From Candidatus Uhrbacteria bacterium (GTDB lineage: Bacteria; Patescibacteriota; Patescibacteriia; JACQRZ01): DNA of 64,000 nucleotides. This document shows, one piece after another, positions 56,719 through 64,000 of the stretch; the stretch's first letter is position 1, and the number at the start of each line of letters is the position of its first letter. A program made the translations under genes and the position numbers. The notes under the pieces are model-generated. The model saw only the letters and a list, made by a program, of their open reading frames with translations. It made no database searches and was not told the DNA's origin. The stretch covers positions 79,473 to 143,472 of the forward strand of contig JACQSC010000002.1 in NCBI GenBank assembly GCA_016206155.1. Direction: 5' to 3'.

Positions 56719-57263
56719 TGGGTGAGTATTTTTTTTACCGCTGCGATTCTTTCATCGATGGTGCCGCTAATTTCTCTGAAGGGGAGATTGAGTGCGGTAA
56801 GAACCGTCAGGAGATGGGCGTGAACCTGAATGCGCATAGCAGCGGATTCTGTTCGAACGGCATCCGTATCATCAAATTGATAATCAATATCATCGGGATT
56901 GAGAAGGAGAAAAAGTGTCACATCTCTCAGATGCTCGATTGAGCCATCGGTCAGCCGACGGACAGCTTCTGTATCCTGCCCCAACATAGCGTACACGATA
57001 CAGCTTATGAGCGAGCTGTCACTAATGACGGTCCGCGCACCGCTTGATACGGCATCAGCAAGATCCGCAATAAAATGACGCTGGAGCGTTGATTGGTTTT
57101 CAAATGATGAACGCTGCTCCAAGGGGATGTCGTATGTTTGATAGTATGTGCGCGCTGATTCAGCAACAAAGGAGCAGTCCGGTACTGCCTCCGCGCGAAT
57201 ACTATCAAAAAGTGTTGTCTTCCCTGATGCGCTCGTTCCAACGAGCGAATAAATAAGCGGCAT
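56715..57263 (-). CDS. P-loop NTPase, AAA_28/NadR-kinase-like
   Basis: MPLIYSLVGTSASGKTTLF Walker A at the N-terminus. ESARTYY, VISDSSLISCIVYA and LLLNPDDIDYQFDD follow the AAA_28 pattern. The longer ORF in the track runs over tRNA-Gly and is not used. Confidence 0.6.
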   Translation of the reverse strand: MPLIYSLVGTSASGKTTLFDSIRAEAVPDCSFVAESARTYYQTYDIPLEQRSSFENQSTLQRHFIADLADAVSSGARTVISDSSLISCIVYAMLGQDTEAVRRLTDGSIEHLRDVTLFLLLNPDDIDYQFDDTDAVRTESAAMRIQVHAHLLTVLTALNLPFREISGTIDERIAAVKKILTQ

Positions 57264-57266
57264 AGG

Positions 57267-57291
57267 TGATTGGAGCGGGATACGGGAATCG
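57267..57291. repeat. 25-nt direct repeat of the tRNA-Gly 3' end (att-like), partner at 57383..57407
   Basis: tgattggagcgggatacgggaatcg occurs twice, 116 bp apart. The second copy is the real 3' end of tRNA-Gly. Confidence 0.8.
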
Positions 57292-57386
57292 CCGCTCGCT
57301 CCGACTCGCGGTCCGGGGTTGCTGCGCGCACTCGCAACCCGTTCGATTCCCGCGCGACAGCTGCCAGCTGTCGCTTTCATTATGAT

Positions 57387-57460
57387 TGGAGCGGGATACG
57401 GGAATCGAACCCGTGCTGCTTGCTTGGGAAGCAAACGTACTGCCATTATACGAATCCCGC
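57387..57460 (-). tRNA. tRNA-Gly (anticodon CCC), CCA encoded
   Basis: Reverse complement: GCGGGAT-TC-GTAT-AATGGCA-GTAC-G-TTTGC-TTCCCAA-GCAAG-CAGC-ACGGG-TTCGATT-CCCGT-ATCCCGC-T-CCA. Confidence 0.85.
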
Positions 57461-57483
57461 AAAAAGTGTGATATACTGTTGCA

Positions 57484-58182
57484 ATGTTCATAGATTACTC
57501 TATGCGAACAATCTTTGCAATAATGCTGGTGGCGGGTGTCTTGGCGAGCATTGGATCGCCCAACGTCGCGCATGCATTCGTGGGTATTCATGAAGATCCA
57601 ACTGCGTGCGAGAATGGGATTTCTCTGGCGGGATCTAAAAAGGGGCTGATCACCGATACCATTCCGTGGAACATTGTACAGGAATTTACCCCGATCCCTG
57701 AGAATCTCAAAGCATTGTCGTCGATCTGCGCCTTTGCGCTGACCACGAACTCGGTGATTAATTTTTCCTACGAGCATGAACCGACACTGTATCGTCCTCG
57801 CGTATACAATTGGGTTGCGGGAACGCGCCAGTGGCGTCCTGTCGAGACAACGATGGACAGGACAACAAGTACTGTCTCGGCAACACTCGACAGCCAGCGA
57901 GGCGTGATCGGCGTTTTTATTGATCAACGCGATGCATATGAGGGAATCGCAAGTTGGTACCGCCACAAGCGGTATCCTACCGGCGCCGCCACGAACATCT
58001 ATCCGATTGGGACAAAATTACGCGTCACAAATCTCGATACAAACGCGTCGACAACGGTGACAATAACATCCACATGGACGAATAAAAAGAATGAACGTAT
58101 AATTGATCTTGTCAGCGCCGCGTTTGAAAAAATCGGCAATCTGCGTGCCGGCCTTATCCCCGTGCGAATCGAAAGAATATAA
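57484..58182 (+). CDS. secreted RlpA-like double-psi beta-barrel protein
   Basis: Signal peptide, then the C-terminal DPBB domain GIASWYRHKRYPTGAATNIYPIGTKLRVTNLDTNASTTVTI…RIIDLVSAAFEKIG. Confidence 0.7.
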   Translation: MFIDYSMRTIFAIMLVAGVLASIGSPNVAHAFVGIHEDPTACENGISLAGSKKGLITDTIPWNIVQEFTPIPENLKALSSICAFALTTNSVINFSYEHEPTLYRPRVYNWVAGTRQWRPVETTMDRTTSTVSATLDSQRGVIGVFIDQRDAYEGIASWYRHKRYPTGAATNIYPIGTKLRVTNLDTNASTTVTITSTWTNKKNERIIDLVSAAFEKIGNLRAGLIPVRIERI

Positions 58183-58188
58183 CACGGT

Positions 58189-58869
58189 ATGATCGTCCTT
58201 GAAGGAGTAACAAAACAATATCATCCAGATACCATCGCGCTTGCCGATGTTTCACTGACGATCGAGCAAGGGGAATTTGTGTTTCTTGTCGGCATGAGCG
58301 GGGCAGGGAAGTCAACGCTCGTACGCCTGTTGACCGCGGAGGAGCGCGCGACAAGCGGGACCATTTCTGTCGGGGGATGGGATATAACGCGGATTGCGCG
58401 GCGGGATGTTCCTCTGCTGCGCCGCCAGATTGGGGTTGTCTATCAGGATTTTAAATTGCTTGAACAGAAGACCGTTGAGGAAAACGTTTCTTTTGCCCTC
58501 GAGGTATGTGGCGAACCGTCAAAGAATGTGCGCACGATCGTGCCGCAAGTACTCAAGATTGTCGGCCTTGAGGAAAAGGCGCATCGGTATCCGCGGCAGC
58601 TCTCCGGAGGGGAACAGCAGCGCGTCGCGATCGCACGCGCGCTCATTCATCGGCCCAAGCTGCTTATTGCCGATGAGCCGACCGGCGACCTTGATACCCT
58701 CACTGCGCAAACGATCATCGATGTTCTCATGCGGATCAATGATCTGGGAACAACGCTTTTGTTTGTCACTCACAACAAAGATGTCGTGAATACGATGAAG
58801 CGCCGTGTGATATCGATGCAGGAAGGTCGCATTATTTCAGATAAGCTCCACGGCAAGTATTTCATATGA
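58189..58869 (+). CDS. ftsE: cell division ATP-binding protein FtsE
   Basis: ABC ATPase motifs GMSGAGKSTL, LSGGEQQRVAIARAL and LLIADEPTGDLD. It is followed by ftsX. Confidence 0.9.
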   Translation: MIVLEGVTKQYHPDTIALADVSLTIEQGEFVFLVGMSGAGKSTLVRLLTAEERATSGTISVGGWDITRIARRDVPLLRRQIGVVYQDFKLLEQKTVEENVSFALEVCGEPSKNVRTIVPQVLKIVGLEEKAHRYPRQLSGGEQQRVAIARALIHRPKLLIADEPTGDLDTLTAQTIIDVLMRINDLGTTLLFVTHNKDVVNTMKRRVISMQEGRIISDKLHGKYFI

Positions 58870-59004
58870 CCCCGCACTTAAGGACGATTGTTGCTCTCAA
58901 TTCAGCCATATAGGTATGACACACAACACAATTATTATTTATCAAACGATATTCTCCTTGGGCGCACGACGCAACCAAAGGATGAATCGTTCTTAAGTGC
59001 GGGG
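58870..59004. repeat. 135-bp spacer bounded by 20-bp inverted repeats (ccccgcacttaaggacgatt / aatcgttcttaagtgcgggg) between ftsE and ftsX
   Basis: The arms are reverse-complementary with one mismatch. The right arm overlaps the alternative GTG start of ftsX. Confidence 0.75.
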
Positions 59005-59005
59005 T

Positions 59006-59920
59006 ATGATTACCTCATTCAATCGCATCATCCGATTTTCGTTCCAGAACTTTTGGCGGAATGCATGGCTCTCGTTCGTGACGATTTCTATCCTCACCCT
59101 TACGCTTCTCTCCGTTAATTTTTTTGTCGCGCTCAACGCGCTCTTTGATTATTCGCTTCTTACGATCGAGGAGAAGGTCAACATCACCGTACACTTTCAG
59201 CAGACAGCTCAAGAGAATAACGTCAAGGCGTTTCTGGCTTCGCTTTCGGCGATGCCCGATGTCGCCTCGACCGAGGTTCGCACCAAGGAAGAAGCGCTCG
59301 AAAAATTTCGCACTACGTTCAAGGGCGATCAGCACATCCAGGAATCCCTGCAGGAACTGGAAAATAATCCGCTTCCCTCAAGCGTTATCATCCGCGCAAA
59401 AGAGATCCAGCGCTACGATTCGATTCTTGCGTTTATCAATGATCCGCGCTATCAGGGCATTATTGAACGGCAGACGTTTGTCGATCGAACAAAGTTTATC
59501 GAGCGTTTGCAGGAGCTTAAAATAAACGCGCGACGCATCGGCGCCGGAGTTACGATTTTTTTTGCGCTGATTGCGGCGCTCATTGTCGTCAATACAATCC
59601 GCATGACGATCTTTACGCGCAGGCGCGAGGTTGGCATCATGAAGCTGGTCGGCGCGACAAATCGCTTTATCCGCGCCCCGCTTTTTTTAGAGGGCATCTG
59701 GTACAGCATTGCGTCGGTGCTACTCACTATTCTTATTGTCTTTCCTCTCATTAGCACATTTCAGCCATACCTTAATCATCTTTTTGAAAATTCGCCTTTT
59801 GACATGCTTGCGTATTTCAGCGACAACTTCGGGATTATTTTCGGATCCCAGTTTGCGGCCATTGTTCTGCTCAACACGCTTGCCTCATTCATAGCCATCG
59901 GCCGGTACTTGAAGGTGTAA
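59006..59920 (+). CDS. ftsX: cell division permease-like protein FtsX
   Basis: Four-TM FtsX topology, a large periplasmic loop, and the conserved MKLVGATNRFIRAPLFLEG segment. ATG at 59006; the alternative GTG at 58997 lies inside the repeat arm. Confidence 0.85.
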   Translation: MITSFNRIIRFSFQNFWRNAWLSFVTISILTLTLLSVNFFVALNALFDYSLLTIEEKVNITVHFQQTAQENNVKAFLASLSAMPDVASTEVRTKEEALEKFRTTFKGDQHIQESLQELENNPLPSSVIIRAKEIQRYDSILAFINDPRYQGIIERQTFVDRTKFIERLQELKINARRIGAGVTIFFALIAALIVVNTIRMTIFTRRREVGIMKLVGATNRFIRAPLFLEGIWYSIASVLLTILIVFPLISTFQPYLNHLFENSPFDMLAYFSDNFGIIFGSQFAAIVLLNTLASFIAIGRYLKV

Positions 59921-60077
59921 TGATAATTATTTAGCGTGTGCCATGATGCATATAGTGCGCTGCGGCATATCTCTTGATTTTTTCCGTTTTGATGTGTATA
60001 TTCGTGAGACCGCAAAGATATCGCAAGACGAATTATTCTGTTATGGGTATGTGCGATGAATGCGCGTTTTTTTATGA

Positions 60078-60148
60078 TGGGGGATCGTCTAATGGCAGGA
60101 CAACTGACTTTGACTCAGTTTATGAGGGTTCGAATCCTTCTCCCCCAG
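60078..60148 (+). tRNA. tRNA-Gln (anticodon TTG), CCA not encoded
   Basis: Acceptor TGGGGGA/TCCCCCA (U1-A72), D-arm GTCT-AATGGCA-GGAC, anticodon stem ACTGA/TCAGT with loop CTTTGAC, T-arm GAGGG-TTCGAAT-CCTTC, discriminator G. Confidence 0.8.
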
Positions 60149-60188
60149 AATCGCGCCATTTTGGCGATAACTATTAATTATTCTTGAT

Positions 60189-61460
60189 ATGAAAAAAATC
60201 ATTATTGGCATCATTGCGCTTTTTCCAATTCTGGTATTTGCGGCGGGGGAGCCGAATACGTATAACGATGACTTCTCTATCAATCTTCCAGATCGCGCGG
60301 AAGATCTGCGAGACATTCCTCCGCTATCGAACCCAGGAATACTTGGGAGTCAAATAGTTGCCGGTGTGACGGTAATTTCAGTAACGTATAGCAATCGCGA
60401 TATCAAGTATAACGAAAAGGGGTTTGAAAAAATTTCATATCGACCATACAGCGACACTATCACCGCCGCAGAATTGATTAAGCCAGAAACAGTGAAAACG
60501 CTCGCGGGTACGACACTGTATTTTTTTAATAAAAGCAGCAGGCAGCTTCTTGTCGAGAGCGCCGACGGGAAACTTGCCAACTTTGGCATGAGTGAAGCGG
60601 CATCAAGTGACAGCGAGCCGGTGTATAGCTATCTTTTTCGACTGCCCGGTACATATACGGTGAGAAATAAACTCCTGCCCTACCAGCAAGTTATCATTGA
60701 TGTGAAGGATCCCAGAGAAAAGGACGTTTGTGTGATACGCGAGACGTATATCAAGCAGGGTGTTGCGCAAACCAAGGAATATCGCGCATCATGGTGCGAC
60801 GCGCCGCGCGATGCATCTGCCGTTATGTATCCAGAAGATGAAATAAAAAAAGAGAAGGAAGAACTGATGGCGTGCATTCAAGTAATCGCGCCGGCGCGCA
60901 ACACGGCTACAGGCGAGATAAAAGAATTTCCAACGCCATGCGATATTCCCGATGGTTGGGAAAAGCTGCCGCTTGGATACGATGTAAAGGCGCAACCGCG
61001 CAGAGAACAGCCGAAGCCAGTACAGCAATCGCTTCCAAAGAAACTTACCCATCTCAAGGGGCGAATTCTTCTCCAAGTGCAATCGGCAGGCGAGGCGTGG
61101 TATGTTAATCCAAAGACCGGAGATCGCACGTTTTTGGGGCGGCCCGCAGACGCCTTTGTTGTTATGCGAAAGCAGGGCATTGGCATAAGCAACAACGACC
61201 TCAAGCGTCTCTTTGGGATTATGCCAAGCGCTGAAAAGGAACTGAAAGTAAAAGACATCGCGCTCGGGCAACGGCTTGCCGGCGCCATCGTGCTCCGCGT
61301 TGAGCAAAAAGGCGAGGCGTACTACATTGATCCCGTCACTATGACCGGCTATTTTCTCGGGCGGCCCGCAGACGCCTTTGACATCATGCGAAAAAGAGGA
61401 CTGGGCATCACAAACGATAATCTCTCAGCGGTTCCGCAGGCCTCCTCGTCCGCTCAATAA
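60189..61460 (+). CDS. secreted hypothetical protein with two C-terminal copies of a ~50-aa module
   Basis: Signal peptide (IIGIIALFPILVFAAG). The repeats are ILLQVQSAGEAWYVNPKTGDRTFLGRPADAFVVMRKQGIGISNNDLKRL and IVLRVEQKGEAYYIDPVTMTGYFLGRPADAFDIMRKRGLGITNDNLSAV. Confidence 0.6.
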   Translation: MKKIIIGIIALFPILVFAAGEPNTYNDDFSINLPDRAEDLRDIPPLSNPGILGSQIVAGVTVISVTYSNRDIKYNEKGFEKISYRPYSDTITAAELIKPETVKTLAGTTLYFFNKSSRQLLVESADGKLANFGMSEAASSDSEPVYSYLFRLPGTYTVRNKLLPYQQVIIDVKDPREKDVCVIRETYIKQGVAQTKEYRASWCDAPRDASAVMYPEDEIKKEKEELMACIQVIAPARNTATGEIKEFPTPCDIPDGWEKLPLGYDVKAQPRREQPKPVQQSLPKKLTHLKGRILLQVQSAGEAWYVNPKTGDRTFLGRPADAFVVMRKQGIGISNNDLKRLFGIMPSAEKELKVKDIALGQRLAGAIVLRVEQKGEAYYIDPVTMTGYFLGRPADAFDIMRKRGLGITNDNLSAVPQASSSAQ

Positions 61461-61472
61461 TGTGGGTTCACT

Positions 61473-63587
61473 ATGGCTCGGTTTTGTTTTTTGCGCATAC
61501 ATATCATAGAGTGGGTCATCGGAGGTCTTATTCTCGGAGTTTTTTCACTCGGCGTATTTGCGGTATCCGGCATATCGACGTCGCCATCGACACTGCGCGG
61601 TTTACTGCTCATTCAGGCAGAGGCGCGCGGAGAGGGGTGGTATATTGTGCCGGAGAGCGGGAAACGACTGTATCTGGGCAAGCCACGCGAGGCGCTCCTT
61701 CGCTTGCGCGCGGTTGGTATGCCCATAACATCCGCGGCGCTTGATCGCATTCCTCAAAGGGGAAGCGTTTTTTCAAAAGTCGCAGGCGATCACATCGGCG
61801 CAACAACAAAAAAATATCTTGGCGCAATTCTTATCCGCGCAGACCGCGCGCCCTATGATGCGTGGTACGTCCATCCTATAACCGGCGTACGCCATCCGCT
61901 TCATTCACCATTTGATACGCTCGCGTTGATGCGCGATTTTTCGCTCGGCATTGCCGAGGATGATATCGCGCGCATTCCAATTGAGACGCTTGAGGAAGAT
62001 CGGTTTCCCTTGGCAATCGAGCCACTTATATCTGAGCGAACTACGATTATTCCAGGACGCACGTCCTTCGCGGTTGCAAACACTACAATTGAGCGCATAG
62101 AGAAGTTTGCGGCAGATTCGCGCGCAAACAAAGCGGTTGCTGGAACATACATCTTTGCATCCATTGATCATACGCCTGTGCTTGTCTATCCGCGCTATGG
62201 AAGCTGGTTTATTCTCGGACCCTCGGGAAGCGCCGATTCATTCCGCCTCGTCGATCTTCTTGATGGGTACGGCACGCTATATCGCGCAGATGGCGCGGAG
62301 AGCTTTTATGGTCTTTATGCGCCGCTGGCGAAAGAAGATCGCGGTCCGGTGTTCTTGATAGAGCGGGGCGGGCAGATAGCGACCTTAGAAATTGGCATAA
62401 TCGCAACCGAAACGCGGTATAGCAATGTAGATGCGCAATCACTATCACTGTTCTCCAATACAAAGAGCCCGATATTTTCCGGAATGGTACTGAGCGATTC
62501 CACGGCGGTCTATGTTTTTCATAATAGGAAACTCACGCGGCTTGGCGGCGCTGACCGCACAACCCTTCAGACGTGGCAAACACAAGGCGGCTCGCCAGTG
62601 TTTGGCGATACGCACGGATTGTATGCAACCGACAGAGAGGCGGATGTCTACCGTGTTCCAGTGAGCGATCCGCTGACTGTTCGCATCAATCGGACACAAA
62701 GCGCCGGTAAGGTTGCCTCACTCACAGATGCTGAAGGAGACTTTTATATAGATCCGGCGAGCGGCCGCATCCGCAGGGCGGAAAGCCGGGAACAGGGCGG
62801 TGTACAGCGCATTGCCCAAGGCATTATCGCAAAAGATGGGCATGTTTATATAGAGTCGCCGCTTGTCAAGTCACCCATACCACTTGAGGGCGTGACTGCG
62901 GATTCATTTTTTGTTCTGCCGCAAAGCGAGGATACATTGTATTCTGATGGCGTCAAACTCTATTACCGTCCGTCAGCGAATCCGTCGCCGAATCTGTTTG
63001 TGCTTTCTTCGCTTGATACCGCAAGCTTTCAATTCCTTGCAAAAACAAAAAATGGCATCCTTCTCAAAGATCGCAATGGCGTCTACACCATATCATCGGA
63101 TGACGGCGCGCTTGCGCAGATCGCGGACGCCGACGCAGAGTCCTTTCGGCTGCTGTACGCCGATGGCGAGATGCTTGTTGCCAAGGATGCTAACCATGTG
63201 TTTGCCGGTGAAGCGCTGCGTCAGGTGAGCGGCGCCGATGCAGCATCATTTCATATGGTGTTTACCATCGAGGGTATTCCATTTGGCAGAGATCGAAATG
63301 CGATATATTATGCGCTACCCCGCGACCCTACGACATTTCGCACGTTAACAGCCGCGGATCCATCAACATTTGTGGTCCGCACAATTCCCGCGGCTGAGCC
63401 CGCGCTGCGCACCCTCGCGCATCAGGGTACGGATCGTATTGTGTACGCGATCGATCGCCAATGGATCTGGTTCTACGACGGCAAGCGCGATGGGCTGCTC
63501 GTTATCCGCCGCGCCGATCAGAGCGAGAAGGTCAGCGATGCGCAGATCATTGATTTTGCCCGCATGTACGCCAACGCTGTGCCGTGA
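61473..63587 (+). CDS. membrane-anchored protein with two copies of the same ~50-aa module, then DKNYY-like repeats
   Basis: N-terminal TM, then LLLIQAEARGEGWYIVPESGKRLYLGKPREALLRLRAVGMPI… and ILIRADRAPYDAWYVHPITGVRHPLHSPFDTLALMRDFSLGI…. These are followed by repeated DxxSF…(Y/V)AKDxNHVF units (DAESFRLLYADGEMLVAKDANHVFAG, DTASFQFLAKTKNG…, DPSTFVVRT…). Confidence 0.65.
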   Translation: MARFCFLRIHIIEWVIGGLILGVFSLGVFAVSGISTSPSTLRGLLLIQAEARGEGWYIVPESGKRLYLGKPREALLRLRAVGMPITSAALDRIPQRGSVFSKVAGDHIGATTKKYLGAILIRADRAPYDAWYVHPITGVRHPLHSPFDTLALMRDFSLGIAEDDIARIPIETLEEDRFPLAIEPLISERTTIIPGRTSFAVANTTIERIEKFAADSRANKAVAGTYIFASIDHTPVLVYPRYGSWFILGPSGSADSFRLVDLLDGYGTLYRADGAESFYGLYAPLAKEDRGPVFLIERGGQIATLEIGIIATETRYSNVDAQSLSLFSNTKSPIFSGMVLSDSTAVYVFHNRKLTRLGGADRTTLQTWQTQGGSPVFGDTHGLYATDREADVYRVPVSDPLTVRINRTQSAGKVASLTDAEGDFYIDPASGRIRRAESREQGGVQRIAQGIIAKDGHVYIESPLVKSPIPLEGVTADSFFVLPQSEDTLYSDGVKLYYRPSANPSPNLFVLSSLDTASFQFLAKTKNGILLKDRNGVYTISSDDGALAQIADADAESFRLLYADGEMLVAKDANHVFAGEALRQVSGADAASFHMVFTIEGIPFGRDRNAIYYALPRDPTTFRTLTAADPSTFVVRTIPAAEPALRTLAHQGTDRIVYAIDRQWIWFYDGKRDGLLVIRRADQSEKVSDAQIIDFARMYANAVP

Positions 63588-63590
63588 GTG

Positions 63591-63959
63591 TTAGCCGATG
63601 TATTCCTTGATCTGCTTTTTGAAAAAGGCATGAAGTTTTGAAATTGTAATGTTTTCATCAACCAGCTGTGTTGCCTTCTTATCCTCCGGGCGAATATCTT
63701 TTGTATAGAGGAGCTGACCAAAGAACAGCTTTTCACTGAACTCATTCCCGTAGGTTTTTTTTGCATGTGTGATCATCCATGGCAAGGTGACATCGGTGCG
63801 GGAAAGTATGGCGTAAAGATCAAGGTAATCCCTCCAACGATTTCGTTGCCCAATTGCGAATGCTTTTGCAATAGCTACGCCGCCAATTGAGAGGAGGGTG
63901 ATCGGTCGCATTCTGATGGCATACGGGGTCATATCATACGGATAACAAAAAAAAGTCAT
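63591..63959 (-). CDS. hypothetical small protein, faint nucleotidyltransferase (AbiEii-like) pattern
   Basis: 122-aa ORF convergent with the upstream gene. SIGGVAIAKAFAIGQRNRWRDYLDLYAIL resembles the GG…R.S.D.D motif of minimal nucleotidyltransferases. Weak. Confidence 0.4.
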   Translation of the reverse strand: MTFFCYPYDMTPYAIRMRPITLLSIGGVAIAKAFAIGQRNRWRDYLDLYAILSRTDVTLPWMITHAKKTYGNEFSEKLFFGQLLYTKDIRPEDKKATQLVDENITISKLHAFFKKQIKEYIG

Positions 63960-64000
63960 TTTAACGCCGGTTTTTGTGAGAAAGGTATACTCATCTTCAT

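Noticed and set aside
57292-57382. The 91-bp segment between the tRNA-Gly direct repeats, considered as a second tRNA gene
   Set aside because: It contains a TTCGATTCC-like stretch, but I could not build an acceptor, D, anticodon and T cloverleaf from it. It is left as an att-scar spacer pending a covariance-model scan.
57264-57491. N-terminal extension of the 56715..57491 minus ORF (MNIATVYHTF…)
   Set aside because: The extension covers tRNA-Gly and the att-like repeat. The Walker-A N-terminus MPLIYSLVGTSASGKT at 57263 is the natural start.
59974-60177. 67-aa plus ORF overlapping tRNA-Gln(TTG)
   Set aside because: It runs through a tRNA with a good cloverleaf. The tRNA explains the sequence.
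60789-61307. Minus-strand ORFs of 172 and 136 aa inside the secreted repeat-protein gene
   Set aside because: They are antisense to a plus-strand ORF that has a signal peptide and internal repeats. They have no motifs.

Overview
This 64-kb window looks like a gene-dense bacterial chromosome segment with about 50% GC and mostly plus-strand coding. The compact operons, short dnaX and hrcA, and many small secreted or repeat proteins would fit a reduced-genome or Patescibacteria-like organism; that is a guess from sequence alone.

The housekeeping core is recognisable:
- an hrcA-grpE-dnaK-dnaJ heat-shock operon, with a sigma70-like promoter and a CIRCE operator upstream of hrcA;
- a complete aspartate-to-threonine operon, lysC-hom-asd-thrB-thrC;
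- dnaX, holB, argS, pyrG, pepA, a trxB-like gene, frr, rseP, mltG, mreB, rplJ-rplL and ftsE-ftsX;
- a cell-envelope glycosyltransferase cluster (GT2 x3, GT4, and a possible DUF4012 protein);
- four tRNAs: Gln-CTG, Thr-CGT, Gly-CCC and Gln-TTG.

Several things fall outside that core. They are uncharacterised or inferred from sequence alone; none could be searched against a database here.
1. A family of short palindromic elements has termini AATGG(G/T)GTCAGG. One copy is intergenic, one abuts a recombinase remnant, and two are inserted in-frame inside coding genes (thrC and an MFS transporter).
2. A pair of roughly 265-bp imperfect inverted repeats flanks a two-gene cassette: a NYN-domain protein and a membrane-anchored winged-helix protein. 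The cassette sits immediately upstream of the hrcA promoter.
3. Telomere-like (CCCTAAA)n heptamer tracts lie exactly on four gene junctions. Other short tandem repeats overlap stop or start codons elsewhere.
4. A degraded integrative module is present: a LAGLIDADG homing endonuclease, tRNA-Gln, and a 5'-truncated large serine recombinase.
5. A three-gene cluster has no recognisable homology: a small AbrB/MazE-like protein followed by two paralogous proteins of unknown function.
6. Two adjacent secreted proteins share a tandem module of roughly 50 aa; the second also carries DKNYY-like repeats.
7. An orphan TraD/VirD4-like ATPase sits with a separate upstream membrane protein and has no other type IV secretion components nearby.

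No CRISPR array or rRNA gene was seen.
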